In this document: piece by piece, positions 39,092-47,317 of the stretch
Layout: every line of letters starts with the position of its first letter
How positions within the stretch are numbered: the stretch's first letter is position 1
Assembly (NCBI GenBank): GCA_016234925.1
Contig: JACRNI010000111.1
Span: 1-63,032, forward strand
Reading direction: 5' to 3'
Length of the DNA stretch: 63,032 nt
DNA from: Deltaproteobacteria bacterium
GTDB taxonomy: Bacteria > Desulfobacterota > GWC2-55-46 > UBA9637 > GWC2-42-11
Translations under genes and position numbers: made by a program
The notes under the pieces: generated by a model
Told to the model about the DNA's origin: nothing
Seen by the model: only the letters and a program-made list of their open reading frames with translations
Database searches by the model: none

Positions 39092-40249
39092 TCAATAAAT
39101 CTTTCCACAAATAACCTCATTTAATTTCTTGCCAAACTCTGTTATATTTAACTCCCTCTCTACCCTCTTCCTTCCATTCTCTCCAAGCCTTAATGCCAAG
39201 TCTCTGTCAGAAAGAAGCCTTATAATAGCAGAGGCTATTTCGTCAACATTGTTCGGGTCTACAAGGATGCCTGTTACACCATCTATCACAGCATCGGGTA
39301 TCCCCCCTGATTTCCCTCCAATGACAGGCTTTCCGCACGCCCCTGCCTCAAGAAAGACAATCCCAAAACCCTCCACCTCTCCTCGTTCTTTAATCTCTTT
39401 ACTCGTCATTATAAAGATATCACACGAATGATGATAAGACGGGAGTTCCTCATCATTAACCCTGCCTGCAAAGATGACATTGCCTCCTAATCCCAATTTC
39501 CTGACAAGGGCATTGAGGTCTTCTTGTTTGGGTCCCTCACCAACTATACAGTATACAACCTCTGGAAAAACCTCTTTCACCTTCTGTAGCGCCAGTAAAA
39601 CCATATCATGCCCCTTGCTCTCTACAAGCCGCCCTACCGTTAGAAGAACCTTTTTTCCTTCAAACTCTTTCATAATCCTCCTCTCGGCATTGAACCTATC
39701 AATATCAACTACAGGATTAATCACTACTGCCTGTATTCCAGGAAGAATCCTTTCTATCAACCCCTTTGTAAAACTGCTATTTACAATTACTTTTTTTGAC
39801 CTTTTCAATACCATAGCCATAAGCCTTGCAGCCCTTTTATCGCGCTGTGGCGCATACACATCAAGGCCATGGACAAAGACAAAGTAAGGGATTCTAAAGA
39901 TTATGTTTGCAAGAAAGGCAGACACGCCAGATATAGACCAGGTGTTTACAAAAATAACCTTAACCCTGGAAGTAATACAATAGTAAAAGGTATAAACAAA
40001 GAAGACAGCAACACTCCAGAGGTAGCGTTCGAAAAGCCTGTCCATCTTTATACCTCTTAATCTAACGATATTGACAACCGCCTTTTTATCAAAGGCTTTA
40101 TCACCCTCCATCTCTGGTGTTAAGACCAGAGGGGTAAATTTGACACCTCTAATGGCATTAGCCGCATCATAAGCATGCCTTGCCATACCACCGCCCCGAG
40201 GGGGAAAATCAATTGTCAGGAAGAGAACCTTTTCTATCTCTTTTGACAT
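39092..40249 (-). CDS. GT4 glycosyltransferase
   Basis: 385 aa. EGFGIVFLEAGACGKPVIGGKSGGIPDAV. Confidence 0.85.
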   Translation of the reverse strand: MSKEIEKVLFLTIDFPPRGGGMARHAYDAANAIRGVKFTPLVLTPEMEGDKAFDKKAVVNIVRLRGIKMDRLFERYLWSVAVFFVYTFYYCITSRVKVIFVNTWSISGVSAFLANIIFRIPYFVFVHGLDVYAPQRDKRAARLMAMVLKRSKKVIVNSSFTKGLIERILPGIQAVVINPVVDIDRFNAERRIMKEFEGKKVLLTVGRLVESKGHDMVLLALQKVKEVFPEVVYCIVGEGPKQEDLNALVRKLGLGGNVIFAGRVNDEELPSYHHSCDIFIMTSKEIKERGEVEGFGIVFLEAGACGKPVIGGKSGGIPDAVIDGVTGILVDPNNVDEIASAIIRLLSDRDLALRLGENGRKRVERELNITEFGKKLNEVICGKIY

Positions 40250-40337
40250 ATTAAAAGTTTATCGGTCAATCTCCTTTCCCAATATTCTTTTGGCTGATAT
40301 ACCATTTATTCACCTGAAAACTTGATAACTACAGATA

Positions 40338-41477
40338 TTAGCCCTGTAAAACCTCTTCATATACCTTTACTGTTACTTCTGCAACTCTTCTATAACTAAA
40401 TCTCTCACTATACTCTCTTGCCAATCTTGAAAGTTCTTCTGCCTTTTTTTTATTACCTAATATACCCTTTATTTTTATCAGCAGGTCTTTTGAATCACCA
40501 CTTCTAAATATCTCAACACATGGAATTCGTTCACATGCCTCCACATTTACCGGTGTATCAGATGCTATAATTGGTTTATTATAACCAATACATAAACTCA
40601 ATGCCCCTGACGCAGCAGGCGATGAAAAAGGGGCAAGACATATATCGGTTGCAGACATGATGACCGGAACATCTTCTTCTTTTAAGTATCCCGTTATCCT
40701 CACCTTTCCCTTAAGTCCCATATCTATAATCCTTTGTAAAAGACTATCGTAATATTCTCTATCCTGAGTATTATCAGTCATAGGTCCGCCAGCGATTATC
40801 AATATGACACCTTCTGGAAGCTCCAGTAGGGCATCCAGCGCCAGTTCATAACCCTTTCTCCTGTTTATAAACCCAAAGATGGTCAATATGGTCTTCCCCT
40901 CCAGACCCAGTTCCATTCTGGCATCCACAGGAGAAAGCATCTTTACCTCATCAGATATATTTGGTATACCATGAGGTATAAGTATAACCTTCTCAGGATT
41001 ATCTACCAACCCCTTTATTGTTTTAGCCTGCCCTTTTGTATGGACAATAATCCTCTCAGGTTTTTTATACATCCTTTTATGATGAATCACTGACCATAAC
41101 TTCCATAAGGGCAGGGTATTATTAAATATCATCCGCTTGATTGAACTTGTAACCCCAGGGGGAATAGGTTCATGACCCACCCTGACTTCATGGACTGTCA
41201 TAACCGCAGGCACCTTCAGATGTTTCATAAAGGTAAGCAACCTGTTTCTGTATGGCAACTCTCCATTAAAATAGACATAGTTGAACTGTATATGGGCTAT
41301 ATCGCTCTGATTGGCTTCTTTTGCCGCATGGATATAGTACTCTTTTTCTGGCACATAATGGTTGAGCCTAAGTATATTTACATCCACAAATCTCTTTAAC
41401 TCATCAACCAGATACATGGAATAATCAGATATTCCATCCCTTTCAATATCCCATCCTGTACAAAAAGAGACTATCAT
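40338..41477 (-). CDS. GT-B (GT4-like) glycosyltransferase
   Basis: 379 aa. GT-B pattern, but a divergent C-terminal motif (CLAPFSSPAASGALSLCIGYNKPIIASDT). Confidence 0.65.
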   Translation of the reverse strand: MIVSFCTGWDIERDGISDYSMYLVDELKRFVDVNILRLNHYVPEKEYYIHAAKEANQSDIAHIQFNYVYFNGELPYRNRLLTFMKHLKVPAVMTVHEVRVGHEPIPPGVTSSIKRMIFNNTLPLWKLWSVIHHKRMYKKPERIIVHTKGQAKTIKGLVDNPEKVILIPHGIPNISDEVKMLSPVDARMELGLEGKTILTIFGFINRRKGYELALDALLELPEGVILIIAGGPMTDNTQDREYYDSLLQRIIDMGLKGKVRITGYLKEEDVPVIMSATDICLAPFSSPAASGALSLCIGYNKPIIASDTPVNVEACERIPCVEIFRSGDSKDLLIKIKGILGNKKKAEELSRLAREYSERFSYRRVAEVTVKVYEEVLQG

Positions 41478-42215
41478 TTAACTACCCCTACCTATTTTTC
41501 TTAAAATAAAAAAAATAAATGTAAATTTTCGGTTATTCCATTCAATAATAGGCCGTTCATAAGTATAGTCAATAGGCTCTATTAGCTCTAAACCAAAATT
41601 CTTTGCTAACTGTATAGCATCTTCTACATCGTTTCTGTTCAAGACTTTCCACTCAACACCATACTCTTGAATTCCTTCAGTATTAATCTTTTCATGCCAG
41701 TAATCTGCAGATGTAATCAAATAACCTCCTATACGCAATATGCGGCTCATTTCTTTAAAATAGCATTCTAGATCAACACCATGCTCTATAACTGATAGGC
41801 TGGTTATAAAATCGAAAAAGATTGATGGATATTTTGTATTATGCAAATCTTGCCTGCTCAATCTGATCGGCCCTTTCCCAATCAGTGATTTAAATGCCTG
41901 AATAAATCTCCCCTGCCTCAAATGTGGATAAATTAACCGTTTCCATTCGATAGGAGATAAATCACATCCATACAAATTATGGCAGCCTACTCTATTCAAC
42001 ATCTCTAATATGCGGCACTTATATGTTCCAACATCTAATATAATACTATCAGCATTCTTATGTTCGGTAATAAATTTAAACGCTTTCATGATATCCCAGC
42101 ATTTAACTAAGTCTTGTGTTAAACGCAAACCAGCCCTTTCAATGGCATAATATGCCTCTCCTATTTCATTCCAGTTTTTCAGTACCACATTAATAGGCAT
42201 AATCTTAAGCCCCAT
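41478..42215 (-). CDS. SAM-dependent methyltransferase-like protein
   Basis: 245 aa. ILDVGTYKC, LSVIEHG. Abuts the next gene with no gap. Confidence 0.6.
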   Translation of the reverse strand: MGLKIMPINVVLKNWNEIGEAYYAIERAGLRLTQDLVKCWDIMKAFKFITEHKNADSIILDVGTYKCRILEMLNRVGCHNLYGCDLSPIEWKRLIYPHLRQGRFIQAFKSLIGKGPIRLSRQDLHNTKYPSIFFDFITSLSVIEHGVDLECYFKEMSRILRIGGYLITSADYWHEKINTEGIQEYGVEWKVLNRNDVEDAIQLAKNFGLELIEPIDYTYERPIIEWNNRKFTFIFFILRKIGRGS

Positions 42216-42242
42216 TACTTTTAAAAAGTAATCAAAGCAGCA

Positions 42243-43376
42243 TTATCCTGATGTCTCAAAGACTGTTTTGTAAACTTTCAATGTTTCCTCTGCTGTCTTT
42301 TTCCATGTAAAGACTCTTGCCTTTTCAAGTCCATTTTTTATCATGTCAGCCCTTAGTCTACCGTCAAAATGGACCTTCATCATACAATCTGCCATTTCTT
42401 CCGTATTTTCAGGATCAAATGTCAAGGCTGCATCGCCAACGACTTCAAGGGCGCCTGTATTCATGGAAAAAACAACAGGTGTCCCGCAAGCCATGGCCTC
42501 TAAAACTGGCAATCCAAACCATTCATAAAGGGTAGGCAGAATAAAGAGTCTGGCGCCGTTATATAGATATACAAGGTCATTATGGGAAACATGGCCTAAA
42601 AAAATTACCCTATCGTTAATATCTTTTAACTCATCCTTCAAAGTCGCAGGATTTATCCCGCCTGCCAATACAATGTATAATTCATGTTTCTTATTTATGA
42701 CAGAAAATGCCCTCAAGAGTCTTCTTAAATTTTTATTTTCTTCCCCTCCGCCAACATAAAGTATATATCCCTTATTATTGAGACCATATATAGTAAGAAA
42801 TCTCCTAATAGCCTCTTTATCTTCTATAAGTCTGAAGATAGGGTCGGCGGCCAAATATACTATCTTCATCCGACTTTCATAAAAAGAAGCGTATTGCAGG
42901 AAATTCTCTTTAGCCATTTTGGATACAGTTATTATAATTGAAGCAGAAGATGCAACAGTCTCAGCCCATCTTTTAAAATCGTTATAAGTGTAAGTTTCAC
43001 AAAGCAACTCAGGAGCTGCCATTCCATGAAAGGTCTCAACCATTTTCTTTCTTGTAGGTATAGGGGTGTAATGTACAGAATTGTAGTTGAGGGTATTATG
43101 AAAAATGTCTATGTTACCTAAAAGTAACTCTATGGGGGGCCATGAGAAACTTGACCACAGAAGTTTTAAAATCCTGCCAGGTATGCGGCACCATACCTGT
43201 TTCAGATTAGGGATATTCTCTTCAAAAACAAACTTACCGCCTTTAAAGCCATTGTAAAAAAGCACATACTCATTTTCTTTATCAATTTCTAATAGATTTT
43301 TTACAAGGTAATACACATATTGTCCTTGCCCCCGTCTCTCGCCCTGTAAAACCCTTGCATCGATGCCTATTCTCAT
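42243..43376 (-). CDS. GT4 glycosyltransferase
   Basis: 377 aa. EWFGLPVLEAMACGTPVVFSMNTGALEVV. Confidence 0.85.
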   Translation of the reverse strand: MRIGIDARVLQGERRGQGQYVYYLVKNLLEIDKENEYVLFYNGFKGGKFVFEENIPNLKQVWCRIPGRILKLLWSSFSWPPIELLLGNIDIFHNTLNYNSVHYTPIPTRKKMVETFHGMAAPELLCETYTYNDFKRWAETVASSASIIITVSKMAKENFLQYASFYESRMKIVYLAADPIFRLIEDKEAIRRFLTIYGLNNKGYILYVGGGEENKNLRRLLRAFSVINKKHELYIVLAGGINPATLKDELKDINDRVIFLGHVSHNDLVYLYNGARLFILPTLYEWFGLPVLEAMACGTPVVFSMNTGALEVVGDAALTFDPENTEEMADCMMKVHFDGRLRADMIKNGLEKARVFTWKKTAEETLKVYKTVFETSG

Positions 43377-43390
43377 AGTAATTCATCCAC

Positions 43391-44371
43391 TCATCTATCC
43401 GGTCTTTTAACAATATAATCTCCAATTGCCGGGATATCTAAATCGCTTTTTAATCTTGCTAATGCATAAATTCCAGGTCCTCTTGTTTTTATAAAAACAC
43501 TGCCTGCTATCTCAAGGATTCTATAAAAAGCCATCCGCAACTTGAATAAAGTCTTAAAGACATAAGATATTAATATTTTTTTATCTGCTTTTCTTGCATC
43601 AGCCTTTTTGATTTTATCTTCTATATATTTCGTTTCAAAATTTGCCTTAAGCACAGAAACCAGACTGTCTGCTGTAATAGGAGATACCAATAACTTCTCT
43701 ACTATATAACCGTTTGATTCTAAAAATTTCCCGAGACTTTTAGCGCTCCAACGTGTCAGGTGGTGAGGCGGGTAGTCCCATATTTCCTTTTGGGGGGACA
43801 ACCTTTCTCTATTGGGAACACTCATAACCACATAACCATCTGGTTTAAGGATACTTTTTAATGCCATAATAAACCCCGCAGGCTCATCCAGATGTTCAAG
43901 CACCTCAAAAAATACAACTACATCAAATTTTTCTCCATTATAGTTTTTGGCAAAATCAAATACATCCACTGCATAAGCATCCTTAATACCGAGTCTATTT
44001 TTGGTAAATTCAATTGATTCCTTATTAAAGTCTATAGCAAGAACCTTATATCCAGTCTCTTCCACTCTCTTTAAAAAATCACTTCTCCCGCAGCCTATAT
44101 TCAACAGCAGTCCTTTTCCGTTATTTGGCTTATCCTGCAAAAAGACCTTTTCATACCATCCTAAATCACGGATTGATGATGAGGCGTTGAAATCATAGTA
44201 CTCCCACTCAGATTTTTCATACCAGTCTTTACCATGACTTTTCATGGGGTCTGCAAAAACACCATCGCATGAAATGCAGTGATAAATATCATAACCTGAC
44301 GAGGTATATGCCTTTATCTTTTTTACACCATCTGAACTGCACAAAGGACACAACAACATATATTCAGGCAT
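43391..44371 (-). CDS. SAM-dependent methyltransferase with N-terminal zinc ribbon
   Basis: 326 aa. CPLC...CISC, LLNIGCGRSDF, FFEVLEHL. Confidence 0.8.
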   Translation of the reverse strand: MPEYMLLCPLCSSDGVKKIKAYTSSGYDIYHCISCDGVFADPMKSHGKDWYEKSEWEYYDFNASSSIRDLGWYEKVFLQDKPNNGKGLLLNIGCGRSDFLKRVEETGYKVLAIDFNKESIEFTKNRLGIKDAYAVDVFDFAKNYNGEKFDVVVFFEVLEHLDEPAGFIMALKSILKPDGYVVMSVPNRERLSPQKEIWDYPPHHLTRWSAKSLGKFLESNGYIVEKLLVSPITADSLVSVLKANFETKYIEDKIKKADARKADKKILISYVFKTLFKLRMAFYRILEIAGSVFIKTRGPGIYALARLKSDLDIPAIGDYIVKRPDR

Positions 44372-45923
44372 CTCCTTTCCTTTTCAAAATGTCCCACTCC
44401 TCTTTTAATATATATCTTGATGCAGTCCAGTATAGACTAGTCCATATCGGACACCAGAGGAATAAAATAACTATATCACTTTTTGTATTACTATTAACGA
44501 ATAATCCAATGGCGATAAAAGGCACAGCAAGCGTAAGGTTTTTTATAATGGAATAAAATATATCTTTGGATAATATGGTGATATGTTTTTTTATAAAGTA
44601 AAAATAAAGCATGCATACTGGTATCTGTGTTAAGAAAATACTGAGTGCCAGACCATAGATATTCAAAAGATTAGAAAATACTTTAGAAAGAACATAAAAC
44701 AATGCAACCCCTGCGGCTGCAATAAATAACACAACCTCTGTCCTCTTTATTGCATACACAATCCTCACAAAAAGTGTTTCAAATGATATGATAATGAAAA
44801 AACCCATTTCAATCACCAATAGGTAAAAAAGTATATCTATATCCTTTGATGTAAACCTGCTGCCCAGAAACAATATATCAAACAACGGTTTTAAAAACAC
44901 TATAACTCCAGCAGATGCAAAAATGGCAGCCGAAATATTAACCTTCATTACCCTCATAATGAGATTTTTTAGTTCATCTGATTTTGACAGACTAATCAAT
45001 TCCGATACCCTTGAATAAAAGATGCTGGATATGGGCGATATAACTATCTGTGACAAAATAGAAATTATTTTATCAGCATAGGATAAAAGTGCGATGGCGC
45101 CGCTGCCCAGATGCGATGCTATGTTTCTGCTTATAATATCCCTAAAACTCCATATAAAAACACCTGCTACTGCTGTAGATGATTGTTTCAAAAGTTTGGT
45201 AAATTTATGGTCGTAAATCTTTAGTGTCGGTCTCCATCTGGTATTTATGAAAAGAAAGGATAATAATATCAATGACTGGAGTATATTGGAAATCGTATAA
45301 CTGATAGCAATCCCTTTTACACCATATTCAGGTGTTAAAATAAATACAGCGGCTATATTTAACAAAGGGGCCAAAAGTCCAACGAATGTTGGTATAAAAA
45401 AATAGTAAAGTGAGTTTAGTATCACAGAAACAGAACTTGTTAGATTAAAGAAAACATATCCGACAAAAAGTATTTTTAAAATATCATTAGATAAGTTTAC
45501 TGCCTTTTCATCGAAACCGGACGCAAATAATTTTATTGCCAGATGTCCGCTGTTTTGAATAATAAACCACCCAATTAGACCTATTCCTATAGACCACTTA
45601 AATACAACATCTGCAAATTCAAAACCCTCTCCTTCATCTTTGGTTTTTATTTCATTAAAAACAGGCAGCAGCAGAGAGGTGATAAATGAATTAAATATTC
45701 CAAAAAAACTGAATATTAGAAGGGAGATAAAGAGGCAGTCAAGTTCCCATGAAATCCCGAATTCCCTGCCCAATAGTATATGAAAGACAAGACCAAGTGT
45801 AACACTTACTGCGTTTATAATACTGAGATGAACTGCTGATTTTCTTAAACCCATTTGTACCAACCAATCCTTATATTTTTTTTCAGTGTTTTCCAAATTA
45901 GGCAGGGCATGGTCCCCGACCAT
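44364..45923 (-). CDS. wzx: MOP-superfamily polysaccharide flippase (Wzx/MurJ-like)
   Basis: 519 aa, about 14 TM. Located in the glycan locus next to Wzy. Confidence 0.7.
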   Translation of the reverse strand: MVGDHALPNLENTEKKYKDWLVQMGLRKSAVHLSIINAVSVTLGLVFHILLGREFGISWELDCLFISLLIFSFFGIFNSFITSLLLPVFNEIKTKDEGEGFEFADVVFKWSIGIGLIGWFIIQNSGHLAIKLFASGFDEKAVNLSNDILKILFVGYVFFNLTSSVSVILNSLYYFFIPTFVGLLAPLLNIAAVFILTPEYGVKGIAISYTISNILQSLILLSFLFINTRWRPTLKIYDHKFTKLLKQSSTAVAGVFIWSFRDIISRNIASHLGSGAIALLSYADKIISILSQIVISPISSIFYSRVSELISLSKSDELKNLIMRVMKVNISAAIFASAGVIVFLKPLFDILFLGSRFTSKDIDILFYLLVIEMGFFIIISFETLFVRIVYAIKRTEVVLFIAAAGVALFYVLSKVFSNLLNIYGLALSIFLTQIPVCMLYFYFIKKHITILSKDIFYSIIKNLTLAVPFIAIGLFVNSNTKSDIVILFLWCPIWTSLYWTASRYILKEEWDILKRKGDA

Positions 45924-45944
45924 ACTTGCCTCTGATTGCTTCTT

Positions 45945-47270
45945 TCAGGGGTTGGTGCGTTCGGGGAACGCACCCTGCAAAGATCTCTTTGCAAGATTTG
46001 TATTTGTAATGCCTGCACCTGCTATAACCATCGCCATTACAAGCCAGAACGGTTCCATTATCCTGATGATTATAAATGTATTCGCAGATAAGGCATGCGC
46101 AAGGAGTCCTGCAAATCCTGCCAGCATCCCGAGGCTGATCCCTTTGAAAAGTTCATCGCTTGAATTCTTATAGATTTTCAATAGTGTAATAAATATCATG
46201 TAGAGAAGATAAATAAATGCTGCAAAGCCAATCAATCCTGTTTCTATAAGTGTTCTAAAATACTGCCCGTCTATAAAACCATAACCTGTTATGCCGTAAC
46301 CAAATATGGGATGGATTTTGATGTCATCCAATATCCTCTTGTAACTGATGACCCTTGCAGATGCTGAAAAATCAAGGTAATATTCACCTATCTTCACCTG
46401 GGTCGGTGATTCAACGGGTCTCTCCATAAATGTTGCCCTGTATCTCTCCTCAACCTTTTCAGGTATAATCATCGGGGCTAATACTAACAGTATAAGTAAA
46501 AATGCAAAAAGATATATTTTCTGCCTGCTAAAGATTATAAATGCTGCACACATTGCTATAATAGCCATCCATGAACTCCTTGACAGTGTGTACATAAAAG
46601 GGATTACAGCAAGCACGATAAAGGCAATTGATGCTGCCTTTATCCGCATAGATTTGTATGATAGAAAGATGCCGGCAAGCAGTGAAATTATAATGACCAG
46701 ATATGCAGCAAGGGTATTTGGTTCACCTCCTGCCCCTTCAAACGGCGCAGAGACCCTTTCAGTTGTTGGTATCTGTAATATCGCATATATGGATATAACA
46801 AATGCTGTTGCAAACATTGCCAGAAGATACCATTTTATCTGCTCTCTGCTGTGGATGTTGGATAGTACTATAAAAAATATTGCAAAATATTCTATATATT
46901 TTATAACAAAAAACGTGCCTTGCTGAGGGTTGACCTTGCCGAATATCATTCCAATTGAAGTGGCTGCAATACATGCAATTACATAATACAGGATTGGCCT
47001 GTTTAAAGGTGTCTTTACAAACACGCCCAGTTCCTTATAAACGGCATTCCTTGCAAGCCAGCCTAAAGAGATTACAAGTATCAAAATATCATCCATCCTT
47101 AAAGACACCTCCCGCTGACCGCCGGATGCCACTACAATCTCAGGAGAGAGGAGCATTGAGAATATTAAAAAATAAATTGCTATTTCTGTTGAAAGAAACG
47201 ATATGATGAGAATTAAAAGACCGGCTGTTAGTTCTAGTATGAGGGTTGGCGTGGAACTGCTGACTATCAT
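45945..47270 (-). CDS. wzy: O-antigen polymerase/ligase-family membrane protein (Wzy-like)
   Basis: 441 aa, multi-TM. Wzy_C-like segment FMYTLSRSSWMAIIAM followed by a large loop. Confidence 0.7.
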   Translation of the reverse strand: MIVSSSTPTLILELTAGLLILIISFLSTEIAIYFLIFSMLLSPEIVVASGGQREVSLRMDDILILVISLGWLARNAVYKELGVFVKTPLNRPILYYVIACIAATSIGMIFGKVNPQQGTFFVIKYIEYFAIFFIVLSNIHSREQIKWYLLAMFATAFVISIYAILQIPTTERVSAPFEGAGGEPNTLAAYLVIIISLLAGIFLSYKSMRIKAASIAFIVLAVIPFMYTLSRSSWMAIIAMCAAFIIFSRQKIYLFAFLLILLVLAPMIIPEKVEERYRATFMERPVESPTQVKIGEYYLDFSASARVISYKRILDDIKIHPIFGYGITGYGFIDGQYFRTLIETGLIGFAAFIYLLYMIFITLLKIYKNSSDELFKGISLGMLAGFAGLLAHALSANTFIIIRIMEPFWLVMAMVIAGAGITNTNLAKRSLQGAFPERTNP

Positions 47271-47317
47271 GGCAACCAGAAGACTGGATGCCAGTAAAAG
47301 AAGATAAAGTGAAGGAT

